Below, piece by piece: positions 42,753 to 52,842 of a stretch of DNA of 64,000 nucleotides. The position numbers were made by a program, and so were the translations under genes. The stretch lies in assembly GCA_003598025.1 (NCBI GenBank), contig QZKH01000009.1, forward strand, positions 896 to 64,895, read 5' to 3'. Source of the DNA: Candidatus Omnitrophota bacterium. Its GTDB lineage: Bacteria; Omnitrophota; Gorgyraeia; Gygaellales; Profunditerraquicolaceae. The notes below the pieces were generated by a model. The model was given only the letters and a program-made list of their open reading frames with translations, ran no database searches and had not been told where the DNA came from. Every line of letters begins with the position of its first letter. Position 1 is the first letter of the stretch.

Positions 42753-43400
42753 ATGTATGTAATAATAGTGGGCTGCGGGAGAGTTGGTTCTGAGCTAGGC
42801 AAGCTTTTATCCAGCGAGAAAAACAACGTGGTTCTTATTGACAAAAACCAGGCGTCTTTTGAAAGGCTGGGAGATTCATTTAATGGCCTGACTCTCGTAG
42901 GTAATGGTTTTGATTTAGAGCTTCTGAAACAAGCCGGGATTGAGAAAGCCGATGCTTTTTGCGCGCTTACAAACGGAGACAATACTAATTTAGTCTCTGC
43001 TCAGGTTGCAAAAAAAATATTCCGGGTGCCCAAGGTAATCGCCCGGGTCTATGATCCGCAACGCGCGCATATTTATTCTGCGATCGGCGGCCTGGATATC
43101 ATAAGCGGGACCATACTTTTTGCCGCGATGCTTAGGGATAAAATAGTGGAGAGCCGCTTCTCCAGTTATCTTATCGAAAACAAGGACATCGGCGTGCTTG
43201 AAATCGAAGTAAAGAAAGACCTGATCGGTAAATCCGTAAAAGAGCTGAACATCGCCAAAGAGTTTTTAGTCGTAGCTATAAGGAAGATCGACGGAGTAAT
43301 GATACCCGAGCCCGAGACAATCCTCGGAGAAAAAGATGTATTAATGGCTATAGTAAAGGTTAATAGTTTAAAGAGAATAAAAGACAGATTCAACCTTTGA
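42753..43400 (+). CDS. trkA: TrkA-family potassium uptake regulatory subunit (RCK)
   Basis: GCGRVG NAD-binding motif, DNTNL, VIARVYDP, TrkA-C domain. Confidence 0.9.
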   Translation: MYVIIVGCGRVGSELGKLLSSEKNNVVLIDKNQASFERLGDSFNGLTLVGNGFDLELLKQAGIEKADAFCALTNGDNTNLVSAQVAKKIFRVPKVIARVYDPQRAHIYSAIGGLDIISGTILFAAMLRDKIVESRFSSYLIENKDIGVLEIEVKKDLIGKSVKELNIAKEFLVVAIRKIDGVMIPEPETILGEKDVLMAIVKVNSLKRIKDRFNL

Positions 43401-43416
43401 TAAAAAAGAGAAGAAT

Positions 43417-44079
43417 ATGTATATATTAATAGCCGGAGCAGGCAAGGTTGGTTTTTTCCTGGCAAAGAGATTATGTCAGAATAAGCACACTGTGAGCATA
43501 ATAGACAAAAACAGGCCTATTTGCGAAGAGATCGCAAAAGAGCTGGAAGTTTTGGTTATTAATGGCGACGCCTGTGATCCCAGGATTTTGGAAGAAGCGG
43601 GGATTAAACAGGCAGAAGTTGTTGCGGCGGTTACCGGAGAAGACGAAGATAACCTTATAATCTGCCAAATGGCAAAAGAAAAATTTGGCGTCCAGAGAAC
43701 TGTAGGCAGGGTAAACAACCCGGACAATGAACATACCTTTTCTGAGCTGGGCATAGATATACCCGTAGATTCCACAACTATAATATCAAAAATTATCGAA
43801 GAAGAAGTTTCTTTCTCCGATTTTGTCAATCTTATGAGTTTTAAACGAGGAAAACTGGCTGTTGTCCGCGTAGACCTTCCTGAAGATTCGCCGATAATCA
43901 ATAAACAGATACAAGATATCCACCTCCCCGAAGATTCTGTTTTGGTTTCTATTGTCAGGGGAGAAGAGGTCATTGTCCCGCGCGGAAACACGGTTTTAAA
44001 ACCTGGCGACGATATCATCGCTATCACTTTCATCGGGAACGAACCACAATTACTGAATCTTTTAGTCGGTAAGCTATGA
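43417..44079 (+). CDS. trkA: TrkA-family potassium uptake regulatory subunit (RCK)
   Basis: GAGKVG, TGEDEDNL, VPRGNTVLKPGD. Confidence 0.9.
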   Translation: MYILIAGAGKVGFFLAKRLCQNKHTVSIIDKNRPICEEIAKELEVLVINGDACDPRILEEAGIKQAEVVAAVTGEDEDNLIICQMAKEKFGVQRTVGRVNNPDNEHTFSELGIDIPVDSTTIISKIIEEEVSFSDFVNLMSFKRGKLAVVRVDLPEDSPIINKQIQDIHLPEDSVLVSIVRGEEVIVPRGNTVLKPGDDIIAITFIGNEPQLLNLLVGKL

Positions 44080-44192
44080 AATTAAAAACGCCTGTTAATG
44101 TCATTTTAGGTATCGCAACGGAAGTCGTGTATTCTTTGTTTATTATGATCGCTGCGTTTTTAATTTGTTTGATATTGACCTTTAAGATATGA
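44076..44192 (+). CDS. Small single-TM membrane protein (38 aa)
   Basis: Not in ORF track; MKLKTPVNVILGIATEVVYSLFIMIAAFLICLILTFKI; ATGA overlaps at both ends. Confidence 0.75.
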   Translation: MKLKTPVNVILGIATEVVYSLFIMIAAFLICLILTFKI

Positions 44193-45694
44193 TCCTTAGG
44201 CCCCACCTGCAAGACATAAAAGCAATAGGGTATTATTTAGGTAAGATTATCATCGGTCTTGGTTTTCTTATGTTTATCCCGGTATTATTCGGTGTCTATT
44301 TTAGGGAAGCCAACCCCACCCTTGATTTTATTATCGGTGCAGAAATTGCTATTATATTCGGCCTCATCCTGACCAAACTCTGTTTTACAGAAGAAGACTT
44401 AAGTTGGATGCAGGGCATGATCGTGGTTTCGCTGTCATGGCTGGTGGCAGCCCTTTTAGGGGCCGTTCCTTTGTATCTAAGCGGCCACTGGGCTTCTTAT
44501 CTGGATTCCTTCTTTGATGCAATGTCGGGTTTTGCCACCACAGGCCTGGTTTTGGCAAAAGACCTGGATCACCTCTCTATTACTCATACAATTTGGCGCC
44601 ACTTTATGATGTTTATCGGCGGCCAGGGAATAGTAATTATAACCATAGCTTTTTTTGTCAAGGGGCAATCTGCGGCAATGCGGATGTATGTTGGAGAAGG
44701 CAGGGATGAAAAGATTTTGCCTAATGTAGTACATACAGGAAGGTTCATATGGATGGTTAGTACGGTCTACCTGATTCTTGGTACAGCGGTGTTGGCCTTT
44801 ATTTGTTTATTTAACGGCATGAACCTGGAAAGGTCTATTGTGCACGGATTGTGCATTTTTATGGCGGCTTTTGATACCGGAGGATTTACTCCGCAGTCGC
44901 AAAATATATTATACTATCATAGCGGGATTTTTGAGGCGGTTACAATCGTGATAATGTTTCTTGGCGCGATAAATTTCAAGCTGCACTATGATGTCTGGAG
45001 CGGTAACCGCAGAGAGATACTCAGGAATATTGAAACAGTGACTCTTTTTATAACCATTATGGCAACTTTCTTAGTCACCGCAGGCGCACTTAGCCAGCTT
45101 GGCGTATATCCCGATGCAACTTTATTGTTCAGGAAGGGTTTTTACCAGCTTATATCAGCCCATACAGGCACAGGGTACCAGACTTTGTATGCCAAGCAAT
45201 TTATAAACGAATGGGGTAATCTTGCCATGGTGGGGATAGTTTGCGCTATGGCTTTAGGCGGTAGCGTTTGTTCCACCACCGGTGCTATAAAAATGCTTAG
45301 GGTAGGAGTGATATTCAAGGCATTTATCCAGGATGTCAAAAGGTTTATCTTGCCCGATAAGGCCATAATCATCCAGAAATTCCATCATGTAAAAGAGGTT
45401 TATTTGGAGGATGGTTTGGTAAGGTCTGCTTTTTTGATAAGCTTGTCGTATTTAATACTATTTGCTATCGGTTCCTTTGTCGCCATGTTTTTTGGTTACC
45501 CATTTCTTGATTCTTTATTCGAATCTACTTCGGCAGGCGCTAATATAGGATTATCATGCGGCATAACTAATCCAGCCATGCCCGCGGCTTTAAAACTTAC
45601 TTATATATTTCAAATGTGGGCAGGAAGGTTGGAGTTTATGTCAATATTTACTCTCGTAGGTTTTTTTATCGCTTTACTAAGAGGTAAAAAATGA
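44189..45694 (+). CDS. trkH: TrkH-family potassium channel
   Basis: SGFATTG, AFDTGGF, GGSVCSTTGAIK, GANIGLS, MWAGRLE pore loops. Confidence 0.93.
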   Translation: MILRPHLQDIKAIGYYLGKIIIGLGFLMFIPVLFGVYFREANPTLDFIIGAEIAIIFGLILTKLCFTEEDLSWMQGMIVVSLSWLVAALLGAVPLYLSGHWASYLDSFFDAMSGFATTGLVLAKDLDHLSITHTIWRHFMMFIGGQGIVIITIAFFVKGQSAAMRMYVGEGRDEKILPNVVHTGRFIWMVSTVYLILGTAVLAFICLFNGMNLERSIVHGLCIFMAAFDTGGFTPQSQNILYYHSGIFEAVTIVIMFLGAINFKLHYDVWSGNRREILRNIETVTLFITIMATFLVTAGALSQLGVYPDATLLFRKGFYQLISAHTGTGYQTLYAKQFINEWGNLAMVGIVCAMALGGSVCSTTGAIKMLRVGVIFKAFIQDVKRFILPDKAIIIQKFHHVKEVYLEDGLVRSAFLISLSYLILFAIGSFVAMFFGYPFLDSLFESTSAGANIGLSCGITNPAMPAALKLTYIFQMWAGRLEFMSIFTLVGFFIALLRGKK

Positions 45695-46200
45695 ATTACG
45701 CCGGTTTCAAATCTTGGCTTAAAGCAGGTCTGTTTTTTATGGCTTTTTTTAGTTTCATGTTGACGGTAAATACTGCTGTTTTTTGTCAGCCGGTATCCAG
45801 CAATGAGCTGATAAATGATGCAAAGAATTATGATAATAAAACAGTAATTTATTCCGGAGAGGCGATTGGCGATTTAATGAAACGCGGTAACTACAGCTGG
45901 ATAAATGTGAGCGATATTGATAACGCTATGGGTGTATGGGCTGAGAACAGCCTTTTGTCCGGCATTAAAATTATGGGGGATTATAAGCACAAGGGAACTT
46001 TTGTCGAGATAACAGGGATTTTTAATAGGGCATGCCCCGAGCATGGAGGGGACATGGATATACATGCCCAGAGTATAAAAATTATATCCCCGGGCAGGCA
46101 GATTAATGAGGGTCTCAACACAAGTAAAAAAGATTTTGCAATTATTCTTTTTGGAGTAATATTGATAATATGGATATTGAGGCTGTTAAAAATTCGCTGA
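45691..46200 (+). CDS. Membrane-anchored extracytoplasmic OB-fold-like protein
   Basis: Signal/TM N-terminus, GEAIGD...GDYKHKG...ACPEHGGDMDIHA, C-terminal TM; ATGA overlap with trkH. Confidence 0.7.
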   Translation: MNYAGFKSWLKAGLFFMAFFSFMLTVNTAVFCQPVSSNELINDAKNYDNKTVIYSGEAIGDLMKRGNYSWINVSDIDNAMGVWAENSLLSGIKIMGDYKHKGTFVEITGIFNRACPEHGGDMDIHAQSIKIISPGRQINEGLNTSKKDFAIILFGVILIIWILRLLKIR

Positions 46201-47189
46201 ACGAAGAAGTATCGGGGCTTTTATCACAGGAAAGCCTGGAGGCTTTCAGGGTTAAGTATCTAGGAAGGAAAGGTGTTTTAGCCCAGCTGACTTCTTCCAT
46301 CCCAAGCCTGCCCGCAGAAAAACGAAAGGAGTTCGGCAGGGAAGTTAACGAACTCAAGGCCAGGGTCTTGGCTATTATTGAAGAAAAGCAGAGAGCTGTA
46401 TCCGCAGGCGGTCTGGTCCAGCAAGAAAAATTAATTGAGGCAGATGTTGATCTGCCCGGAGAGATGCGTTATTTAGGCAAACTACACCCCGTAACTCAGG
46501 TAATAGATGAGATATGCAATATTTTTGAAAAAATGGGCTTTTCTGTACTCGAGGGTCCTGAGGTAGAAACAGAATTTAATAATTTCACAGGATTAAATAT
46601 ACCCCTTGACCATCCTTCCAGGGATGCTTTCGATACTTTCTATATAAAAAATCATGATAAGCTCTTATTGCGCAGCCATACCTCTCCTGTACAGGTACGT
46701 GCCATGAAAAAACACAAGCCTCCGCTGGCTATTGTCGTACCTGGAAAAGTATATAGGCCTGATGCGGTTGATGCTAGCCATTTATTCATGTTTCACCAGG
46801 TAGAAGGATTTTTAGTGGATAAGTGCGTTTCTTTCTCAGACTTAAAAGGCGCCTTGGAGGTTTTTGTAAAATCCCTTTTTGGGAAAAATATAAAGATGCG
46901 CCTTAGGCCGCACTTCTTCCCGTTTACAGAGCCATCTGCCGAAGTGGATATCTCATGCATTATCTGCCAAGGTAAAGGATGCTCTGTCTGCGGCAGAAAG
47001 GGATGGCTTGAAATATTAGGCTCAGGCATGATCCACCCGAATGTTTTTAAGCATGTTGGTTATGACCTGAATAAATTCAGCGGCTTTGCATTTGGCATGG
47101 GCGTTGAAAGGATTGCGATGTTGAAGTATGGCATAGATGATATAAGGCTGTTTTTTGAAAACGACATAAGGTTTCTGAAACAGTTTTGA
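46170..47189 (+). CDS. pheS: Phenylalanine-tRNA ligase alpha subunit
   Basis: HPSRDAFDTFY, RSHTSPVQ, FHQVEG, FPFTEPSAE, GFAFGMGVER. Confidence 0.98.
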   Translation: MDIEAVKNSLNEEVSGLLSQESLEAFRVKYLGRKGVLAQLTSSIPSLPAEKRKEFGREVNELKARVLAIIEEKQRAVSAGGLVQQEKLIEADVDLPGEMRYLGKLHPVTQVIDEICNIFEKMGFSVLEGPEVETEFNNFTGLNIPLDHPSRDAFDTFYIKNHDKLLLRSHTSPVQVRAMKKHKPPLAIVVPGKVYRPDAVDASHLFMFHQVEGFLVDKCVSFSDLKGALEVFVKSLFGKNIKMRLRPHFFPFTEPSAEVDISCIICQGKGCSVCGRKGWLEILGSGMIHPNVFKHVGYDLNKFSGFAFGMGVERIAMLKYGIDDIRLFFENDIRFLKQF

Positions 47190-47228
47190 TCCTGATAGGT
47201 TTGGTGCAAATTTAACTGATACAAGCAT

Positions 47229-49262
47229 ATGAAAGTTACTTACAATTGGTTAAAAGATTACGTGAACATCAAAATGCCAGCCGAGTCATTGGCAGATAAG
47301 CTTACAATGGCCGGGCTAGAGGTTACTTCGCTGTCTCAAAAAGACGGTGATTATGTATTTGAAATAGAGATTACTTCTAACCGCCCGGATTGGCTAAGCG
47401 TAATCGGCATAGCAAAAGAAGTTGCGGCTATAACAAATTCGAAATTTAAGAAGCCGCCTTCAAAAGGCGCGCACTCGTTAAATAGATATATAAATAAAGA
47501 TTTAAGGATAAAAGTCCAGGATCCAGGCGATTGCCCTTTGTATACTGGTACAATAATCCGGGGAGTATCAGTTTTGCCGTCTCCTGGATGGCTGAGGAAA
47601 AGAGTCGAGGCCATAGGCTGCCATAGCGTAAATAATGTAGTTGACGTAACTAATTATGTGCTTTTTGAATATGGACAACCTTTACATGCCTTTGATTTAG
47701 ACAGGCTCAATCTCAATGACGGCATAAACGTCCGCAGGGCAAATGCACAAGAAAATATACTAACTATCGACGGAGAATTAGTATCGCTGGATAAAGGGAT
47801 TCTGGTTATTGCAGACAGCAGATCCCCCGTGGCTATTGCCGGTATTATCGGCGGCAAGAATACAGAAGTCGGCAATGGAACCGTTAATATATTGCTTGAG
47901 GCAGCCGTGTTTAACCAGGCGCTTATCCGCAAGGCGAGACAGAGCCTGGGGATGCAAACAGAATCGTCGTACAGGTTTGAAAGGGGTCTGGATCCGGCAG
48001 TGCTTAAAGAGGCGTCTTTGGCTGCTGTTCAACTTATCAGCCAGGTTTCTAATGGCAAGATTACTGCTTATAGGGCCAGCAGGGAATATAAGATAAAAGC
48101 CAAGAAAATAATTTTTGATCTTAATTATGCAGGTTCCTTTTTGGGGTTTGATATTGGTAAAGTTAAAATAAATAAAACGCTATCGGCTTTAGGTTTTACT
48201 GTAAAGAAATCCGCTAAGGATAAGCTTATTGTAGGCGTCCCGTCGCAGAGGAGGGATATTAATTTAGCAGCAGACTTGACAGAAGAGATAGCCAGGATAG
48301 TCGGATATGATAAGGTCCCTGTGAGCCTGCCGGCTATCAGGCCAAATGCCGGGCAAAATACCGTACGGGTATTATCCGGCAGAATAAAAGAAGCGCTCGT
48401 CGGTTTAGGATTTAATGAGATTATAACATACAGCCTGATAGATAGGGGGTTTCTCAATTTGTTTGGCGATTATGATAACCGGATTGTTGAGATCTCCAAT
48501 CCTTTAAGCAGGGATTTGGGTATATTAAGGCCGACGATAATACCCTCTATAGCAAGATGCATAAGCTATAACTTGAGCCAGCGCCAACCGTTCATCAGCC
48601 TTTTTGAGATGGGTAATGTGTACATAAACGAGGGGCAAGCGGTTAAAGAGCAATTGGTATTAGGGATGACGATGTGCGGCCAAAAGGCGTCTTTTGTCAA
48701 TTCGACAACAGTAAAAGAGATAGTGGGTTTTAGGCATCTCAAGGGGGCAATAGAAAGCCTGTTTAAATTCTTTGATATAAATGAATACGAATTCAATATT
48801 TCCGGGCCCGATTCAGTATCTTTAAGTATTGCATCTATAGAGTGCGGCGCAATCAGAAGGCTCACAGAGAAAGCTTTAAATTCATTAGATATTAAGAATA
48901 GGGATATTTTTATAGCAGAACTTTTCTTGGATAAAATAATCCCGGTTGCCGCCGCAGATAAAACCTATAAACCGCTACCGCTATACCCGGCAATCACCAG
49001 AGATATAAGTTTGATAGTAAAAGATACCACCAATATTGCCGACTTGATCCAAGAAATAAAGAAATGTGCAGGCAAGTTATTAGAAGAGGCAGAGATATCT
49101 GATTATTACCGGGGCCAGCAGATCCCTGCTGGATATAGAAGCCTGACTATATCGTGTTTATACAGGTCTAGCGAGCGCACTTTGACAGATTCCGAGATCA
49201 ATTCCATACACGCTAAGATCCCCGGGGCTTTAGAATCAAGTTTTGATATAAGGATCCGTTAA
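47229..49262 (+). CDS. pheT: Phenylalanine-tRNA ligase beta subunit (no B2 OB-fold)
   Basis: ITSNRPD, NNVVDVTNY, SSYRFERG, EEIARIVGY, RDIS, ERTLTD. Confidence 0.96.
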   Translation: MKVTYNWLKDYVNIKMPAESLADKLTMAGLEVTSLSQKDGDYVFEIEITSNRPDWLSVIGIAKEVAAITNSKFKKPPSKGAHSLNRYINKDLRIKVQDPGDCPLYTGTIIRGVSVLPSPGWLRKRVEAIGCHSVNNVVDVTNYVLFEYGQPLHAFDLDRLNLNDGINVRRANAQENILTIDGELVSLDKGILVIADSRSPVAIAGIIGGKNTEVGNGTVNILLEAAVFNQALIRKARQSLGMQTESSYRFERGLDPAVLKEASLAAVQLISQVSNGKITAYRASREYKIKAKKIIFDLNYAGSFLGFDIGKVKINKTLSALGFTVKKSAKDKLIVGVPSQRRDINLAADLTEEIARIVGYDKVPVSLPAIRPNAGQNTVRVLSGRIKEALVGLGFNEIITYSLIDRGFLNLFGDYDNRIVEISNPLSRDLGILRPTIIPSIARCISYNLSQRQPFISLFEMGNVYINEGQAVKEQLVLGMTMCGQKASFVNSTTVKEIVGFRHLKGAIESLFKFFDINEYEFNISGPDSVSLSIASIECGAIRRLTEKALNSLDIKNRDIFIAELFLDKIIPVAAADKTYKPLPLYPAITRDISLIVKDTTNIADLIQEIKKCAGKLLEEAEISDYYRGQQIPAGYRSLTISCLYRSSERTLTDSEINSIHAKIPGALESSFDIRIR

Positions 49263-49350
49263 GCTGTTGACGGCAGAAGCATTTCTTAATTAACCTTGCC
49301 ACGGTTGATTTTATAATAATATGTGCTATACTATTATTGTAAATTTGATT

Positions 49351-49507
49351 AATCCCTGCGGTGCACGTTGGTAAAGATGATTTGTGAACCAACACAAATT
49401 TAGAGGGAACCCACAGCTTCCCTGGGCGCGAGCGTCCAAGGAGAGGGTACCCACCTGAAACCAAAAGGTTCAGTACACATCATATCCAACGGCACGACGC
49501 GGGGATT
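49351..49507 (+). ncRNA. ssrS: 6S RNA
   Basis: Long irregular rod: AATCCCTGCG/CGCGGGGATT closing stem, GTTGG/CCAAC, TGAACC/GGTTCA, central bulge; downstream of pheT, near 5-FTHF cyclo-ligase and rny. Confidence 0.85.
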
Positions 49508-49647
49508 TTTTTTGAGGCCGCAACTTACGGGATTACAAACAAGGCGTAAAGAAAAAATCCCGAAGCAAATGCTTCTTAGCGCCGGTTATTAATGAAATTC
49601 GTGACGAGAGTTCAACCATTAAATCAGTAAATCAAAATCACCCTCCT

Positions 49648-50958
49648 ATGGACCTATTTAGCCAAACACCGAAAGAAAGCAAGAAAAACTTTCCCTTAGC
49701 TGTAAGGATGCGGCCTTATACTTTAAAAGAATTCGTTGGGCAGGAGCATATTCTTGGAGAGGGTAAAATCTTGAGGCGGGCTATTGAAGCCGACCGGCTT
49801 AGTTCTCTGATTTTATACGGTCCTTCGGGGGTGGGAAAAACTTCGTTAGCCTGGTGTATAGCTAATACCACAAAGTCTGTTTATAAGTCAATTAATGCGG
49901 CTACTTCCAATGTTGAGGAGTTAAGAAAAATAATCTTAGCCGCCAGAAGCTATAAAAAAAATGAATCAAAGAGGACAATCCTGTTTATAGACGAGATTCA
50001 CCGTTTTAATAAAGCCCAGCAGGATGTACTGCTGCCTGATATAGAGGAAGGAAATGTAATTTTAATCGGGGCAACTGTTCATAATCCTTATTTTTATTTG
50101 GCATCAGCGCTTCTTTCCCGTTCCCTGGTTTGTGAGCTTAACCAGTTAAGCGAAGAAGAAATTACAAGGATCATCGATAGAGCGCTGCAAGACAAAGAAG
50201 ACGGTTTAGGCAATATTAAAATTAAGGCGGAGAAAAAAGCAATACAATTTCTGGCCAAAGTATGCGAAGGTGATGCCAGGAGGGCTTTAAATGCCGTAGA
50301 GATAGGGGTGCTTACAACGCCTAAATCAAATGACGGCTCTATTCACTTTACTGTAAAGATAGCCAGCGAGTCCATACAGAAGAAAGCCGTTATTTACGAT
50401 AAGGACGAAGACGCGCATTATGATACTGCTTCGGCGTTTATCAAGTCGATGCGCGGCTGTGACCCCGATGCGGCTATTTATTGGATGGCTAAGATGCTTT
50501 ATGCCGGAGAGGACCCCCGATTCATCGCCCGCCGGATCTGCATATGCGCTGCTGAAGATGTGGGCAATGCCGATCCGCTTGCATTAGTGCTGGCGAATGC
50601 TGCTTTGCATGTAGCTGAATTCGTAGGTATGCCTGAAGCAAGGATACCGTTAGCCCAGGCGGCGATTTATGTTAGCTGTGCGCCCAAATCGAATGCTTCA
50701 TATTTAGCTATTGATAATGCCTTGTCAGATATAAAAAGCGGCAGGGTACAGGAAGTGCCCGGGCATCTGAAAGACGCCTCTTATCCACAGGCAAAGAAAT
50801 TAGGCCGCGGAGAAGGTTATAAATACAGCCATGATTTTCCACAGCATTATGTGGAGCAGAAATATACAAAAGACCCAATAAAGTATTATGAGCCTACCGA
50901 TAATGGCTACGAATCCAAAATAAAACAGAGGATGGAGAAGCTGAAAGGTAAAGAGTAG
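49648..50958 (+). CDS. rarA: Replication-associated recombination protein A
   Basis: PLAVRMRP, GPSGVGKT, DEIHRFNKAQQD, SAFIKSMRG, EDVGNADP. Confidence 0.96.
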   Translation: MDLFSQTPKESKKNFPLAVRMRPYTLKEFVGQEHILGEGKILRRAIEADRLSSLILYGPSGVGKTSLAWCIANTTKSVYKSINAATSNVEELRKIILAARSYKKNESKRTILFIDEIHRFNKAQQDVLLPDIEEGNVILIGATVHNPYFYLASALLSRSLVCELNQLSEEEITRIIDRALQDKEDGLGNIKIKAEKKAIQFLAKVCEGDARRALNAVEIGVLTTPKSNDGSIHFTVKIASESIQKKAVIYDKDEDAHYDTASAFIKSMRGCDPDAAIYWMAKMLYAGEDPRFIARRICICAAEDVGNADPLALVLANAALHVAEFVGMPEARIPLAQAAIYVSCAPKSNASYLAIDNALSDIKSGRVQEVPGHLKDASYPQAKKLGRGEGYKYSHDFPQHYVEQKYTKDPIKYYEPTDNGYESKIKQRMEKLKGKE

Positions 50959-50963
50959 GTGTT

Positions 50964-51067
50964 AGTTCATAGTTAATAGTTCAAGGTTAATAGCACGCCC
51001 GTCTATCTATGAACCATGAACTATGAACCCTGCCTGCTCTGCCTGTCGGTAGACAGTGGCAGGCAGG
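50964..51067. repeat. Inverted heptamer arrays plus a nested CCTGCCTGC...GCAGGCAGG palindrome
   Basis: GTTCATA GTTAATA GTTCAAG GTTAATA ... TATGAAC CATGAAC TATGAAC, then CCTGCCTGC[TCTGCCTGTCGGTAGACAGT]GGCAGGCAGG. Confidence 0.8.
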
Positions 51068-51131
51068 TAATATAAATTTCCCTTGTCCTGAAATTTGGAA
51101 AATGGTAGAATAATAAAGGGAATTACTAAAT

Positions 51132-51785
51132 ATGATTATTACTGAGCAGAAACCCTTTGCGCAACTTATAGATATATTAAAAACCGCCAACAAGATTTTT
51201 TTAATCGGATGCGGTGAGTGCGCTACTTCTTGTAAAACCGGCGGTGAAAAAGAAATCGCTGAGCTTAAAGATAAGCTGCAAGCAAGCGGTAAAGAAGTTG
51301 TCGGCAGCTGCATACCAAAAGCCCCTTGTGTTGCCAGCCAACTAAAAGCAGAACTGGCTAAAAACATAAAAGACTTACGTAAGGCAGATTCGATTTTAGT
51401 ACTGGCCTGCGGGTTAGGCGTCCAGTCTGCCAAGGAGAATGACCGTCTCGGATTAGCGGTCCTGCCCGGATGCAATACTTTGTTTGGGGCAGTAATGGAC
51501 TCCCGCGGGAATTTTTACGAAAAATGCTCTTTATGCGGGGAGTGCATATTGGATATTACGGGGGGTATATGCCCTGTTACGATTTGTTCTAAAGGCCTGC
51601 TGAACGGGCCTTGTGGCGGAATGGATAGCGGTAAATGTGAGGTAGATAAAAATAAAGACTGCGCCTGGGTATTAATATATAGAGAATTGGAGAAAACCGG
51701 CAAATTAGCAAATTTCAGAAAAATACAGAAAGCAAGGCAACATACAAAGAGCATCCGGCCTAGAGAGCTGTTGATCAATAAATGA
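51132..51785 (+). CDS. MTHFR C-terminal-domain (MetV-like) Cys-rich protein
   Basis: GCGECATSCKTGG, LACGLGVQ, CSLCGEC...CPVTICSKGLLNGPCGG...CEV...CAW. Confidence 0.88.
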   Translation: MIITEQKPFAQLIDILKTANKIFLIGCGECATSCKTGGEKEIAELKDKLQASGKEVVGSCIPKAPCVASQLKAELAKNIKDLRKADSILVLACGLGVQSAKENDRLGLAVLPGCNTLFGAVMDSRGNFYEKCSLCGECILDITGGICPVTICSKGLLNGPCGGMDSGKCEVDKNKDCAWVLIYRELEKTGKLANFRKIQKARQHTKSIRPRELLINK

Positions 51786-51786
51786 T

Positions 51787-52218
51787 ATGGGCGAACTGAA
51801 TTATAGCGAAAAAGTAATGGATCATTTTACCAACCCTCGTAACGTCGGAGAGATACCCGATGCAAGCGGAATAGGTAATGTCGGCAACCCTATATGCGGT
51901 GATGTTATGAGGATGTTTATTAAAGTCGAGGGGGAAGTTATCGTCGATGCCAAATTCAAAACCTTTGGATGCGGAGCAGCAATCGCGACTAGCTCGATAG
52001 CAACGGAATTAATAAAAGGCAAGACCATAGAGGAGGCGCTGAAAATATCTAATAAAGTGGTAGCGGAAGCCCTTGGAGGGCTGCCGCCTATAAAAATGCA
52101 TTGTTCTGTTTTGGCTGAACAGGCTCTTAAATCGGCGATAAAGGATTACTACCAGAAGATCGGCAAAGATACCTCTTTTTTGGAGATTAAGGAAGATCCT
52201 CATCATGGATGCCACTAA
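51787..52218 (+). CDS. iscU: Fe-S cluster scaffold (IscU/NifU-like)
   Basis: DHFTNPRNVG, GNPICGD, FKTFGCGAAIA, KMHCS. Confidence 0.93.
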   Translation: MGELNYSEKVMDHFTNPRNVGEIPDASGIGNVGNPICGDVMRMFIKVEGEVIVDAKFKTFGCGAAIATSSIATELIKGKTIEEALKISNKVVAEALGGLPPIKMHCSVLAEQALKSAIKDYYQKIGKDTSFLEIKEDPHHGCH

Positions 52219-52251
52219 AAAACAGGGATTCTTTGATATTGGATTTTGGCG

Positions 52252-52794
52252 ATGTTGACAAAGCAAAAGTTACGTAGTAAGATTTTACATAAACTAAAAA
52301 CACAGAAGGAGGAAAACCGAGAGGAAAAAAGTGCTAAAATTAAGCAAAAACTTTTTAAGACTTCGGTTTTTAGAAGGTCAAAAAAAATAATGTTCTATAT
52401 TTCGTTTGATGGAGAGGTTGATACAAAGGAAATGATAAAAGAAGCAAAAAAAATAGGTAAGATTATCGCAGTCCCCGTCAGTTTCTTTAGTAAGGTAATA
52501 AAGCCGTGTATTTTAGGGGCCAAACCTTCCTTAAAGAGAGGCTTATATGGCGTGCGGGAGCCAGCGATTAAAAAAATGATTGATAAAAACGAGCTAGATC
52601 TGATCATCGTGCCGGGCCTTGCTTTTGATAAAAAGGGTAATCGTTTGGGTAGGGGAAAGGGATATTACGATTCTTTTTTAAGTTGCCTCCCCAAGCATGC
52701 TAAAAGTATAGGTCTTGCTTTTGATTTTCAAATCTTACCTTCAATTCCTACCACCAAGCGAGATATAAGAGTCAACAAGGTCATCTTTGCTTAA
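52252..52794 (+). CDS. 5-formyltetrahydrofolate cyclo-ligase
   Basis: EVDT, DLIIVPGLAFD, RLGRGKGYYD. Confidence 0.94.
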   Translation: MLTKQKLRSKILHKLKTQKEENREEKSAKIKQKLFKTSVFRRSKKIMFYISFDGEVDTKEMIKEAKKIGKIIAVPVSFFSKVIKPCILGAKPSLKRGLYGVREPAIKKMIDKNELDLIIVPGLAFDKKGNRLGRGKGYYDSFLSCLPKHAKSIGLAFDFQILPSIPTTKRDIRVNKVIFA

Positions 52795-52842
52795 TTTTTT
52801 CCCGCATAATAGCATTACCAGACAATAGGAGGTTTATAATAT

